In this document: piece after piece, positions 38,111-47,487 of the stretch
Layout of the letters: each line of letters starts with the position of its first letter
Numbering within the stretch: position 1 is the first letter of the stretch
DNA from: a virus
IMG/VR virus record: IMGVR_UViG_3300034107_000725
Location: 1 to 64,000 of that record
DNA: 64,000 nt
Strand: one strand, 5' to 3'
Made by a program: the position numbers and the translations under genes
Notes under the pieces: model-generated
The model's database searches: none
The model's input: only the letters and a program-made list of their open reading frames with translations
Told to the model about the DNA's origin: nothing

Positions 38111-38685
38111 TTGGACATCCACACAACATTATCGTGGCCGGAACTCCAGGAGCCTGGACAAACACAGTAGCTACTGCGATAGCAAGCCAAGGCTGGGCCG
38201 TTACATGGCCCGGACAAGACCTGAGTAATCCGGAGGTTCAGAAGTTTCTGAACAACAATGCCCAGAATATTGAGATGCACAATATCCACCAGCAGATATG
38301 CGAGTGGCACAATGTTTCTCTTTTCAGCCCCAAGCTGCCTGACTATTACCATCCACCATACCCAGGACCCGCGGAGTACCTTTCCAAGTTTGAAGGCCCG
38401 GTAGTTCTCTCAAGTATCTCACTACCTCCGTTCTTGGACTTATGGGCGAATGCCAGTAACGTGGTGATTCACATCGAGGCCACTGAAGCGGAAGACCTTG
38501 CCATGCTCAACCAGTGGTCGCAAAACAAGTTTGCCCTAGACCACGTCAAAGCAGTTCGTGACAATTACATCAACCGATACCATAGACACCTGAAGTTGTT
38601 TCCAAAGGTGTTTACCATGACCAATGCGGAAGCTAAAGATCGAAAGCTAACCGAGCTGGCTCGATTTTTAAATTCCGCATTTTAG
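38107..38685 (+). CDS. Sulfotransferase-like (degenerate P-loop) protein
   Basis: IIVAGTPGAWTNTVA resembles the 5'-PSB loop G..RSGTS. Confidence 0.4.
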   Translation: MIGHPHNIIVAGTPGAWTNTVATAIASQGWAVTWPGQDLSNPEVQKFLNNNAQNIEMHNIHQQICEWHNVSLFSPKLPDYYHPPYPGPAEYLSKFEGPVVLSSISLPPFLDLWANASNVVIHIEATEAEDLAMLNQWSQNKFALDHVKAVRDNYINRYHRHLKLFPKVFTMTNAEAKDRKLTELARFLNSAF

Positions 38686-38724
38686 CCCGTAGAACCCTTC
38701 TTCCAAGAAAGCAGAAATCGACTC

Positions 38725-40002
38725 ATGCCAGACGAATCACTAGAACAACAGATGAACGCGTCCTTGAGTAAGGCCGTAGGTCAACCCGTTGCAAGCATTG
38801 CTCCAGCACCTCCGGTAGCTGTGTCAGCACCTACACCACTGGCTCCACCAGTTGGTGCAGTCAACCTGGGGAACATCGCAGCAGCTTTGCACCCCACAGC
38901 ACACCGACAGGCGGCAACGCAAGTCGTCGTCAACGACACGTTCCCATACGATGTTGCTTTCAACATGGCATTCCTGGGTTCAGGCCAAGGCGGAGCCAGG
39001 CTGGCTTCCAGCTTCTACGGTCTGGGCTACAGACGTGTAGGGTTGTTCAACACAGCAGAAAGCGATTTCCAAGGCCTGCCTGAAGAGATTCAACGACACA
39101 CGCTGCCGTTGGGCGGTGCAGCCAAAGATGCTCGGTTCGCCGAGCAGGCACTGGTAGGACACGAAGAGGAAATCTGGGATTTGCTACAGAGGTCCTGGGG
39201 CAACGACACAGACTACGGTTTGATCTGTGTAGGGCTTGGCGGCGGCACGGGCTCAGGCACAAGCGGCAGGCTTGTACAGATCGCTCGAGAATACATGGAG
39301 AGCAAGGGCAAACAACCTCGTGTTGGTGTGATTGCTTCAATTCCTTCCCCTACAGAAGGACAACAAGTCTGTCGTAACGCGATCACAGCATTCCAGCATC
39401 TGCTGGAGTTGAAGGTCAGCCCGCTGATTCTGATCGATAACGCTCGGATCAATCAACTGTACCGTCCAGGCATGTCACAGTTGTACACCGTGGCTAACAA
39501 CACGGTCAGTCAACTGTTTCACCTGTTCAACCAATTAGCAGCTGTACACAGTCCGCTAATTACCTTTGACCGAAGCGAACTGGCTCAGTTGCTGGACAAC
39601 GGCATCTGTGTCATGGGGGCAGCCAGCCTCCAGAACGTCACGAGTCCAGCAGACATCTCTGCGGCCATTCGGGATCAGCTCACCAACAATGTGTTGGCTG
39701 AAGTGGATCTCAAGCAAGGCACAAAGGGAGCCTGCCTCTTTGTCGGGGATCAGAATCACCTGGACAACCTAAGCATGGATTTCTTCGATGCCGGATTCGT
39801 TCAGATGAATCGCACGCTCAAAGGCGGCGACAGTGTGGTTCACCGTGGTGTCTATCTTGGAGCAGCTCCGGGACTTCAAGCCTATGCCATGATAAGTGAT
39901 TTAAAACCCCCAATTGCCACGTTGGCAAAGTTGGCCAAAGAGGCCAATATTACAAAGAATCAACTCGGTGGAATCGCCAAATTCTTGGGCGTAAATGACT
40001 GA
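38725..40002 (+). CDS. Tubulin/FtsZ-family GTPase (PhuZ/TubZ/CetZ-like)
   Basis: GSGQGGA (T1), tubulin signature GLGGGTGSG, IDN, T7-like FDRSE; lacks the FtsZ C-terminal core peptide. Confidence 0.9.
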   Translation: MPDESLEQQMNASLSKAVGQPVASIAPAPPVAVSAPTPLAPPVGAVNLGNIAAALHPTAHRQAATQVVVNDTFPYDVAFNMAFLGSGQGGARLASSFYGLGYRRVGLFNTAESDFQGLPEEIQRHTLPLGGAAKDARFAEQALVGHEEEIWDLLQRSWGNDTDYGLICVGLGGGTGSGTSGRLVQIAREYMESKGKQPRVGVIASIPSPTEGQQVCRNAITAFQHLLELKVSPLILIDNARINQLYRPGMSQLYTVANNTVSQLFHLFNQLAAVHSPLITFDRSELAQLLDNGICVMGAASLQNVTSPADISAAIRDQLTNNVLAEVDLKQGTKGACLFVGDQNHLDNLSMDFFDAGFVQMNRTLKGGDSVVHRGVYLGAAPGLQAYAMISDLKPPIATLAKLAKEANITKNQLGGIAKFLGVND

Positions 40003-40054
40003 GTTGTCCTATATCTTTTTTCGACCTGACTACATCCTTGGGAGGAGTTGACCC

Positions 40055-40366
40055 GTGTTTACCAATACAACTGCGTCGTTATCCGGCGAGTTAGCGGACC
40101 TTTTGACACACTTAGAGTCGGCTTACCGGGCCAAACTTGACGTGAAGCCTGGTGTTGTTTGCGATTCTGACGCGTTCTGTCGATGGGCTCACGACTACCT
40201 GACGGACAATCGTCCTTCAGAAGTCTTCCCCGTAGCTAATAACTACGGGGTATTGCTCACAAACGGCCAACGAGTAAAACTGTGTCCAGACGTTCCAGGT
40301 ATTTCCTATACAACAGGAGATATGGCGAATCCGGACACATCAATCTCGATAAGTCGAAAGGTTTGA
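40055..40366 (+). CDS. Hypothetical protein
   Basis: GGAGGAG RBS before GTG. Confidence 0.65.
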   Translation: MFTNTTASLSGELADLLTHLESAYRAKLDVKPGVVCDSDAFCRWAHDYLTDNRPSEVFPVANNYGVLLTNGQRVKLCPDVPGISYTTGDMANPDTSISISRKV

Positions 40367-40373
40367 GACACAG

Positions 40374-41090
40374 GTGATTCATCCACTCTTCACCGGATTT
40401 GTCGCGTTTATCATGCAAGAGTTGTCTGACTACTCTTTGGAACATTTCCAAAGTGCTATGCTCGAACGACTTACAGAGTTTCAAGAAGCTGAAACGCCAC
40501 AACTCCTTGACTGGTATGCAGATCTGGAAAGCTACTGGCGAGAGCATCTCGCGGACGAGATGATTGACGAAGACCTTGAATCGTTCAACGTGTTGCTATC
40601 CGCCATAGACCTTGAAGAGTTAATGCAGCTGTCGTTGATCATCCGCCGAGAACTATCGGCGGAGGATTTACCAGATTTAGTGCACACAATCAAAGCCTTT
40701 TCGGCCACCTACACCCTTGAATGGGAAGACGGGCGAAGGCTGGAGTACAACTGCAAACCGATCAAGTTGCAAAATAAGCTGCGATTTGAGACTCCCATGC
40801 TGTTGGATCTAGCCGTTGTGTTTGATCGACAGATTGCAGAGACGCTCATCTCTCCAGGACCGGACACGCTGTACGAGCAAGCGGCCAGGCCTTATGACGT
40901 GGCCAAGTATGACGAGTTGATGAATGTCTTACAGAACCACATCGCTCAAAAGCCTGGCGGCGAGCGTGATCCCTACATTGATGTCTTGGCCCGCATCATG
41001 CATCAGTTTGGGCCCGCTCCCAAATTGGAAGTGGTACTATCGTCCGAAGACGATACCATTGAGTGGTTGGACAACGGAGGCGGTTTCTAA
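40374..41090 (+). CDS. Hypothetical acidic protein
   Basis: 238-aa ORF. Confidence 0.7.
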   Translation: MIHPLFTGFVAFIMQELSDYSLEHFQSAMLERLTEFQEAETPQLLDWYADLESYWREHLADEMIDEDLESFNVLLSAIDLEELMQLSLIIRRELSAEDLPDLVHTIKAFSATYTLEWEDGRRLEYNCKPIKLQNKLRFETPMLLDLAVVFDRQIAETLISPGPDTLYEQAARPYDVAKYDELMNVLQNHIAQKPGGERDPYIDVLARIMHQFGPAPKLEVVLSSEDDTIEWLDNGGGF

Positions 41091-41102
41091 AATACGGAAT
41101 TT
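41089..41102 (+). promoter_or_regulatory. Repeated motif copy AAAATACGGAATTT
   Basis: 18 nt (aaaatacggaatttgcca) identical to 58475-58492; followed by the GGAG RBS. Confidence 0.7.
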
Positions 41103-41116
41103 GCCAGGAGAATTAC

Positions 41117-41224
41117 ATGGACGTTATTCACAGTATCCTGCTTGTTCTATTGATTTTATGTGGCTTATCCACCGCGAGACTCCTGCATACTTTGTGGGTG
41201 TTTCTCTGGGACGATAAGGATTGA
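41117..41224 (+). CDS. Small membrane peptide (35 aa)
   Basis: AGGAG RBS; MDVIHSILLVLLILCGLSTARLLHTLWVFLWDDKD*. Confidence 0.55.
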   Translation: MDVIHSILLVLLILCGLSTARLLHTLWVFLWDDKD

Positions 41225-41250
41225 TCTACACCTAACATAAGGGGCTGAGT

Positions 41251-41820
41251 GTGACAGGCGACGAACTGAAGTATGAGATGAGCTACTGGGGCAACTGCTG
41301 CAACACGTTCGACGAAGAACAGAAGCAATATGTCTATGCCCGGTTCATGGGATTGGAGGTCAATCACTACAAGATCCAGTTACCAGCTTCAGACATTATG
41401 GACGTAGGTGGAGGACCTGCGAGCATGTTGCTCAAGGTTCCAAACCTTATCCACGGCTTGGTAGTAGATCCGATCGAATACCCTGATTGGACCGTACAAC
41501 GCTATAAGACAAACAACATTACGGTACGCAAAGCGTATGGCGAGAATATACTAATCGACCGTAACTGGGATGAGGTCTGGCTCTACAACTGTTTGCAGCA
41601 CGTTAACGATCCAGAAAAGATCGTAAATAACTGCATGCGGTCTGGTAAGGTTTTTCGAATCTTTGAGTGGATCAACACTCCAGTGTATGAAGGGCATCCA
41701 CACTCTTTGACGAAAGAGATGCTTGATCGCTGGATCGGGCAATCAGGTGGAACTGTGTTGCTGAATGAAAGTGGCTGTGATGGCTGGGCATACTATGGCT
41801 GCTTCAAGACAGGGAATTAA
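41251..41820 (+). CDS. Class I SAM-dependent methyltransferase
   Basis: IMDVGGGP, VVDP, YNCLQHV.DP. Confidence 0.8.
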   Translation: MTGDELKYEMSYWGNCCNTFDEEQKQYVYARFMGLEVNHYKIQLPASDIMDVGGGPASMLLKVPNLIHGLVVDPIEYPDWTVQRYKTNNITVRKAYGENILIDRNWDEVWLYNCLQHVNDPEKIVNNCMRSGKVFRIFEWINTPVYEGHPHSLTKEMLDRWIGQSGGTVLLNESGCDGWAYYGCFKTGN

Positions 41821-41822
41821 CC

Positions 41823-42182
41823 ATGTGGGTTGTCATGTCCAGTGATGGTCAGATGTCAAAAGCGGAGATGATGAAAGAGCTTAATGAGCTCAGCATCTAT
41901 CCGCTTTTGGTTTACAAGAAGGATGGACGAACAACCGTGCCACTGTTCCCGACGTTGGGACTGGCACTGTCGTTTGCAAAGCGAAATACCCATCGCACGT
42001 GGCCAATTGCTACGATGGAGATAGACGACGACGTGCAAGAGAAACTGGATCAGGAAAACTTGGCCACTGAAGTTTTAACATGGCCTAGTCGCAGGGATAC
42101 GTCAGTTCATGTGCTGTATACAGATCATGAAGTTGTAACGCATTCTTACGGTAACCGCAGTACGGTCATGAAAGGGCTCTGA
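41823..42182 (+). CDS. Hypothetical protein
   Basis: 119-aa ORF in the tandem run. Confidence 0.65.
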   Translation: MWVVMSSDGQMSKAEMMKELNELSIYPLLVYKKDGRTTVPLFPTLGLALSFAKRNTHRTWPIATMEIDDDVQEKLDQENLATEVLTWPSRRDTSVHVLYTDHEVVTHSYGNRSTVMKGL

Positions 42183-42221
42183 CGGCGGATTTGAACTAGT
42201 TCCATCAGGCGAGGGATAGCC

Positions 42222-42452
42222 ATGGGAATAGATAAGGCGAGTCAGCACGGCAAGCATTTTCGCAAGGTCGCGAAACTTGAGGCCATCAGACAGAAAAAGG
42301 GAGGACGATCACGTTACCGGGACACTCGGTTCTACAGTGAGCGTATGGTAAAGCGGCGAGCCAAGCAGGTAGCCGAAGAATTACACCACAAACGTCAGGA
42401 AGACCTAGAAAATGATGCAGCTGATTCGCGAGATAAGTCAATTCTTCGTTGA
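42222..42452 (+). CDS. Small basic hypothetical protein
   Basis: GAGGG RBS; Arg/Lys-rich. Confidence 0.55.
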   Translation: MGIDKASQHGKHFRKVAKLEAIRQKKGGRSRYRDTRFYSERMVKRRAKQVAEELHHKRQEDLENDAADSRDKSILR

Positions 42453-42837
42453 GATCTGGTTGGGCATTGCCTTCTGGTACACCACGATAGGTGTACGCAC
42501 AGGACAAAGGCTGGCAGGTCAAAAGATGGGTGAGATCAGGACAACCGGTGTGAAAACCGTTTGTCGCCGAGTCAACTTGCCTGCCAAGTTTGTTGTGACG
42601 GCGATGATCGAACCGGGCGATGGTACGCTGACTCTGTGTTGTCTTCCTGAGCCAGGCACTCACGGTGATATCACCTGGCTCAATCCTACTCAGATACAGA
42701 TTGGACCAGACGTCCGTGAGTTGATAGACTCTCCCAGCAGTCAGGTCATTGCGGACAAGTCACAAAGGCACCCAGCGGGTGAAACACTTTATCCTGCATG
42801 GCAGGAGAGAATCCAGTTTACAGTTAGGCTAAAATGA
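42412..42837 (+). CDS. Hypothetical protein
   Basis: 141 aa; overlaps neighbours. Confidence 0.55.
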   Translation: MMQLIREISQFFVEIWLGIAFWYTTIGVRTGQRLAGQKMGEIRTTGVKTVCRRVNLPAKFVVTAMIEPGDGTLTLCCLPEPGTHGDITWLNPTQIQIGPDVRELIDSPSSQVIADKSQRHPAGETLYPAWQERIQFTVRLK

Positions 42838-43037
42838 CTATCTTTGAACCAGTTAACCAGCTAGAAGTTGATACGCCTAAAGGTCGTGCGTCAGTGTGGT
42901 TGGTAACGGAGTACGGAACGGAGACAGAAAAGGTTTTTACCTGTATCCTCAAAGAAACGGGTGAGATCTGGGAGTTCACCAACCACGATATCAAAGCAGT
43001 GATAAACATCACTTTTGGGCGAGGAACTGTTAAATGA
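42834..43037 (+). CDS. Small phage protein
   Basis: TPKGRASVWLVTEYG...VFTC...GEIW; ATGA overlaps at both ends. Confidence 0.65.
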   Translation: MTIFEPVNQLEVDTPKGRASVWLVTEYGTETEKVFTCILKETGEIWEFTNHDIKAVINITFGRGTVK

Positions 43038-44296
43038 TTGCAGGGCAGAAGATCCGGCTGGCCGGGTTTCGAGTTAGCGGTTTCGCTGCTCGGGATCTGG
43101 CCACGTTCCTTACCTGGCCTGATGTTGAGTTAGTTGCTGTTGCAGATGTAGACCAGCTGGCTGTTGATGCATTCTGTGGCCGGTATCCTGAAACGGTTGG
43201 TTTTCAGGACTATCGTCAGTTACTGGCTGAGTACGGTTCTGCACTGGATGCTGTGATTATTGCGACACCAGATCACATGCATGCACCGATGGCAGCAGCA
43301 GCAATGCAGCACGATTTAGCGGTTTATCTGCAAAAGCCTTTAACCCACACTGTGTATGAAGCAAGGCAGTTAAGCCAGATTGCAAAAGAGCGTAATCTGG
43401 TGACTCAAATGGGTATTCAGATACAGGCTTCCAGCGAGTATCGTACGGCTGTGCACTGGATTCGATCGGGAGTGATTGGGCAGGTTAAAGAGGTGCATAT
43501 CTGGAGCGGCGATAACTGGGGCGACGAGGCAGAAAAACCCATGGCAAATGATCCCGTACCCCAGACGCTTGATTGGGATGGCTGGCTGGGCGTGGCAGAG
43601 TATCGCCCGTATATTGACAGATATTACACGCCGTATGAGTGGCGACGCCGTGTTGATTTTGGAACAGGTGCGATCGGGGATAAAGGTTGTCACTTATTCG
43701 ATCCGCTGTTTTGTGCTTTGGATCTAACTGCTCCAATCTCTGTTTGCAGCAAAGCCAAGCCACCAGGATATAACTGGCGACCACACAATCAAATCAACTA
43801 CACCTTTCCTGAGACAGACCAAACTAAAGGCCCGCTGCCCGTATATTGGTACGACGGTAACAACAAACCACCAAAGCACTTCAATCGCTTGTTTAACAAA
43901 CAGTGGTTTCCAGCTCACGGCTCAATTTGCGTAGGCACAGAAGGCTCGCTGTTTTTGGGTCATCTTTTTGAACCCGTAGTTGTAGGTGGACGACCCGGAC
44001 CAAGGCCTGTGCTGCCTGCGGGAAATCACTACCGCCAGTTTCTTGATGCCGTCAGGGGGCAGGGTAAAACCACAGCAGATTTTGAGTTCTCAGGACCGCT
44101 GACAGAGGCGGTCTTGTTAGGCTGTATTGCGTTGCGGTTTCCCGGAGTTGAGCTGCACTGGGATGCAAAAACGATGACGTTTCCAAACCACCCGGAGGCG
44201 AATGCATTCGTGCATAAAACTTACCGAAAGGGCTGGGAAGTTTCAGGAATCCTTGGCATAATACCTGAGACTTTTAACCACCAACACGGCTTCTAA
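43034..44296 (+). CDS. Gfo/Idh/MocA-family oxidoreductase
   Basis: VAVADVD, DAVIIATPDHMHAP, VYLQKPLTHT, TQMGIQ, LDWDGWLG, FGTGAIGDKGCH, HYRQFLDAVRG, YRKGW. Confidence 0.92.
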   Translation: MIAGQKIRLAGFRVSGFAARDLATFLTWPDVELVAVADVDQLAVDAFCGRYPETVGFQDYRQLLAEYGSALDAVIIATPDHMHAPMAAAAMQHDLAVYLQKPLTHTVYEARQLSQIAKERNLVTQMGIQIQASSEYRTAVHWIRSGVIGQVKEVHIWSGDNWGDEAEKPMANDPVPQTLDWDGWLGVAEYRPYIDRYYTPYEWRRRVDFGTGAIGDKGCHLFDPLFCALDLTAPISVCSKAKPPGYNWRPHNQINYTFPETDQTKGPLPVYWYDGNNKPPKHFNRLFNKQWFPAHGSICVGTEGSLFLGHLFEPVVVGGRPGPRPVLPAGNHYRQFLDAVRGQGKTTADFEFSGPLTEAVLLGCIALRFPGVELHWDAKTMTFPNHPEANAFVHKTYRKGWEVSGILGIIPETFNHQHGF

Positions 44297-44311
44297 CCAA
44301 AAGAAGTTCTC

Positions 44312-44542
44312 ATGGCAACGAAGTACGTACAATTCACAAGCGTAGAGATTCGCCATCTCCAGGAAGTCTTGCAAGAATGTAAGTTGGTTGGCAATTATAG
44401 TGGCGAACGGGAACAATATTGGAAGCGGCATGATCGGATTGTCAATAAACTGTCAAACGGAACAACGGATAACCCAAACAGTATTCAAGAACACCGAGAG
44501 CGTGCGATTCAGAAACTAATCGAAGCCAATCGAGGACGTTGA
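44312..44542 (+). CDS. Small hypothetical protein
   Basis: 76-aa ORF. Confidence 0.6.
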   Translation: MATKYVQFTSVEIRHLQEVLQECKLVGNYSGEREQYWKRHDRIVNKLSNGTTDNPNSIQEHRERAIQKLIEANRGR

Positions 44543-44543
44543 A

Positions 44544-44780
44544 ATGAGCAATGCCGAAGTGCCAGACAGCGAACTGCTTTGTGAAGAATGCGGTGATACG
44601 CTGGAAGACTGTGAGTGCGATGACGAGTTCTGTGACATTTGCGGCGGTCTGATTGGGGACTGCGACTGCGACGAAATCGACGACAGTGATTTCGACGACT
44701 ATGACTATTGTGTCGCCTGTGGTGATGAGATTGATAACTGTCAATGCTCCGAAGAGGAAGAGGAAGACGAAGAGGAGTGA
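44544..44780 (+). CDS. Small Cys-rich, highly acidic protein with three CxxCG-x5-CxC repeats
   Basis: CEECGDTLEDCEC, CDICGGLIGDCDC, CVACGDEIDNCQC; poly-Glu tail. Confidence 0.7.
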   Translation: MSNAEVPDSELLCEECGDTLEDCECDDEFCDICGGLIGDCDCDEIDDSDFDDYDYCVACGDEIDNCQCSEEEEEDEEE

Positions 44781-44867
44781 TCCGTCACTCCTGATTGTTT
44801 GACGAATGCAGCTTGTTGCTCATTCATGGTTGGTGCAATCTCCGTTGCGTTTTGAGGAAGGATAGTA

Positions 44868-45077
44868 GTGTTTATGATCACGCTAGCAGACATCGCAGGT
44901 ATTCGTGACCAGTACGAAGGCAAGGCAGTGGCTTTGGCTTTGTGGAACGAACGTAACAAAGAAGTGACTGGCATGGTTTGCCACGTTGAGGGTGATGTAG
45001 AAACCTCAAGGCAGCTGTGGCAGGACATCCCTGGCACCGTCTTCATGACGGAAAGCAATGAAGGGGGAGCAGAATGA
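44868..45077 (+). CDS. Small hypothetical protein
   Basis: GAGG/AAGG RBS; start 44868 or 44874. Confidence 0.5.
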   Translation: MFMITLADIAGIRDQYEGKAVALALWNERNKEVTGMVCHVEGDVETSRQLWQDIPGTVFMTESNEGGAE

Positions 45078-45457
45078 ACAGCATTTTCGCTGCCCGCAGA
45101 CAGTACTTCAAACACAAGAGAATTTCGATGGATCTCAAAGACCACACGCCTACAACAGAAATTCTACGGTTAACAGTAGATCGTCTGGTAGACGCGTACA
45201 ACAAATATGGTAAGGCACAGGATCCCAACTGGCAGCCAGCCACTGCCGAAGAGTGGATCAGGACTTCAAGGCAGTTCTTCGTGTACGATCAGCTGAGAAA
45301 GATAAATATCGTACCAGGCGAAGTCAACCTGAGTTCAGCCTATGGTGAACCTGTCTGTAGCGGTTCTCCCTTGCTGGGTACAGCCTGCGGCAAGTGCGAA
45401 CGCTGTGCAATTGCAAACCGTAAGAACATACGACGACGTAAGCACAAGTCAACTTGA
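45074..45457 (+). CDS. Hypothetical protein with C-terminal CGKCERC
   Basis: ATGA overlap; Cys motif. Confidence 0.6.
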   Translation: MNSIFAARRQYFKHKRISMDLKDHTPTTEILRLTVDRLVDAYNKYGKAQDPNWQPATAEEWIRTSRQFFVYDQLRKINIVPGEVNLSSAYGEPVCSGSPLLGTACGKCERCAIANRKNIRRRKHKST

Positions 45458-45516
45458 TTTAAAGCCACTGATCAAGTTGACTTTACTTTTGCCACCACTC
45501 CTCCCAGTGGTGGCAA
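45446..45516. promoter_or_regulatory. Two tandem perfect inverted repeats
   Basis: aagtcaacttgat/atcaagttgactt (13 bp, 45446-45483); ttgccaccact/agtggtggcaa (11 bp, 45489-45516). Confidence 0.7.
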
Positions 45517-45538
45517 TTTAATTACTACAGGAGAGAAA

Positions 45539-45772
45539 ATGACTGAGACACTTGAGAAGAAGATTCGTAAAGCAGTTGCCAAGCACTACGAGCCTGTGCA
45601 GGTATGTTATCCAGCTGATCGACAGAACGACGCGGGATATCAGTTGATTGGTGGGCAGTGGTGTTATCCGCTGGATGGGTGCGATGCGGTTGAGAACATG
45701 ATTGATACGCTTGTGCTGGTTTTAACGAACTCGAGGGTTATACTCACAGGAACAGAGGAGGAAGTGCGATGA
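45539..45772 (+). CDS. Small hypothetical protein
   Basis: AGGAG RBS. Confidence 0.65.
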   Translation: MTETLEKKIRKAVAKHYEPVQVCYPADRQNDAGYQLIGGQWCYPLDGCDAVENMIDTLVLVLTNSRVILTGTEEEVR

Positions 45773-46086
45773 ACGATGCAATCTCTATCATGCTGGTAAC
45801 ACTGAGTGTGTCAGCGGTATGGGCAGCTTATCTGGCTCCGTGGATACGTAGATGTTCAGTGAACACGGATGAGTTGAACATCGACTTGGCACGGGCAAAG
45901 AGAGACCTACGTGAGTTGCAGTTGAAGCTGTGCATCTCACGACTCAAGTTTCGGTTGGTGACAGCAGAGCTTAATAGACAACGAAGGGATTCAGATGTCA
46001 TACAAGCCGAGATACCAAGTGAAACCGAAACAGTTGAACTCACGGTTTCTGACGTTGGTGGAGACGGAGACGATAAGGGGATCTGA
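45769..46086 (+). CDS. Membrane-anchored coiled-coil protein
   Basis: N-terminal hydrophobic helix followed by a heptad-like region. Confidence 0.55.
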   Translation: MNDAISIMLVTLSVSAVWAAYLAPWIRRCSVNTDELNIDLARAKRDLRELQLKLCISRLKFRLVTAELNRQRRDSDVIQAEIPSETETVELTVSDVGGDGDDKGI

Positions 46087-46279
46087 GGTATCGCTGGAAG
46101 ACTTGGCAGACATCCTGACAGCTGCGATTGATAGTGGTGTAGTGAGTCCACCTGTAGAGGCGTTGGTCACACCGCTGGGAGCGTATGCCAAGGACAAGTG
46201 GGGCAATCTCCTACTCAAGCCTCGTGGCGACAAGGTGCCGGGATACACGGACAAAGACTGGGTACACTACAGGAAGTAA
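45995..46279 (+). CDS. Small hypothetical protein
   Basis: 94 aa; 92-nt overlap with the previous ORF. Confidence 0.5.
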   Translation: MSYKPRYQVKPKQLNSRFLTLVETETIRGSEVSLEDLADILTAAIDSGVVSPPVEALVTPLGAYAKDKWGNLLLKPRGDKVPGYTDKDWVHYRK

Positions 46280-46308
46280 ACTGGGTTTATTCTCAACTGG
46301 GCAGGACG

Positions 46309-46722
46309 ATGAAAACTCGAAAACAGTTTAACAAACAAACTCAGTCAGGGCCGAATGCCGCCTCACAGCCTCGCGTCCTCGAGCTGCTTGAGTGGCCTGC
46401 TGTACACCACTCAAGCAGACGCTATGAGGTCTGTAGGCTCTACGACACGAGTCCGGACGCCCTCCCAAGTTTAATTTGCGAACAGTGGGAGCAGGTTTCA
46501 AACCCGGAATTTAACCATCTTATTCTTCAACCCATACCCAGCATGCAGTCATTGGCTCGACGTTGGGCAGATCGCTTCAGCAGACTTGGACACAGCCGAA
46601 ATGTTCTGGCATACTTGACCGGGCCAGAGATTAAAGAAACGGTTGTCACGCTCTACCGGCCAGTGTGCACAGAGATTGACAAGGCTTTTCTCTGCTTCTA
46701 CTACCTTCACTACAGAGACTAA
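46309..46722 (+). CDS. Hypothetical protein
   Basis: AGGA RBS favours ATG 46309. Confidence 0.6.
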   Translation: MKTRKQFNKQTQSGPNAASQPRVLELLEWPAVHHSSRRYEVCRLYDTSPDALPSLICEQWEQVSNPEFNHLILQPIPSMQSLARRWADRFSRLGHSRNVLAYLTGPEIKETVVTLYRPVCTEIDKAFLCFYYLHYRD

Positions 46723-46724
46723 AG

Positions 46725-47480
46725 ATGCCTATACGCACTGACTCGGTTTCAAGCCTACCCAAGTTTGAACTCCCGATCGTGATACCGGTGTTCAACGGTG
46801 TGACCTACCTCTCAAATACGATCGACTTCTTCAAGGCTCGCGGCTTTGACGAGTACTTGATCTTGAACAACGGGTCAGCGTATCCACCGTTGGAAGAGTA
46901 TCTCAGCAAAGTGCCGGACGGTGTCACTGTGCTGGACCTGCCACACAACCCAGGACCGCGAGTTTTCAACGATCCTGGAATCTACAGCAGACTGCCAGAG
47001 CAGTTTATCCTGACAGACCCTGACTTGGGATTTAAGCCTGAGCTGGATAGGGAATCTGTCCTGCACCTGTTCGAACTGTGCGAGCAGTACAAGCGGTATA
47101 AGCTGGGTTGTGCTCTAAATATCTGGACCGAGGAACCGAGCTGCGTCGATACAGACATAACTACAAAGAAAGGTGAGACCACGATACGCAATATCGAGGA
47201 CAAGTATTACAGACAGTTCCTCGGGGTTACGAAGTACGGCGATACAATCTACGACGCTCCCATCGACACTACGTTCGCGGCTTACGATAAAAGATACTCT
47301 GCAGGTAAGGCTTCCGGAACAAGTGGACGTATCGTTGGTCGCTACTCGGCAGAACACTACGGCTGGTATGACGTGCCACCCATTCCGGCAGACGAATACG
47401 AATACTACAAGGTAGCCGTTAGTACGACTCAGTTTGCTTCCACAGAGTGGGTCAAGAGCGGTAAGAAGTACACATACTGA
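46725..47480 (+). CDS. GT2-like glycosyltransferase
   Basis: IVIPVFN, ILNNGS.YP, ILTDPD, APIDTTFA, AEHYGWY. Confidence 0.8.
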   Translation: MPIRTDSVSSLPKFELPIVIPVFNGVTYLSNTIDFFKARGFDEYLILNNGSAYPPLEEYLSKVPDGVTVLDLPHNPGPRVFNDPGIYSRLPEQFILTDPDLGFKPELDRESVLHLFELCEQYKRYKLGCALNIWTEEPSCVDTDITTKKGETTIRNIEDKYYRQFLGVTKYGDTIYDAPIDTTFAAYDKRYSAGKASGTSGRIVGRYSAEHYGWYDVPPIPADEYEYYKVAVSTTQFASTEWVKSGKKYTY

Positions 47481-47487
47481 GGTGCTC

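Noticed and set aside
38725-44296. Host chromosomal region (ftsZ, oxidoreductase)
   Set aside because: The tubulin homolog lacks the dcw context and FtsZ tail, and both genes are embedded among small phage-type ORFs on the same strand.
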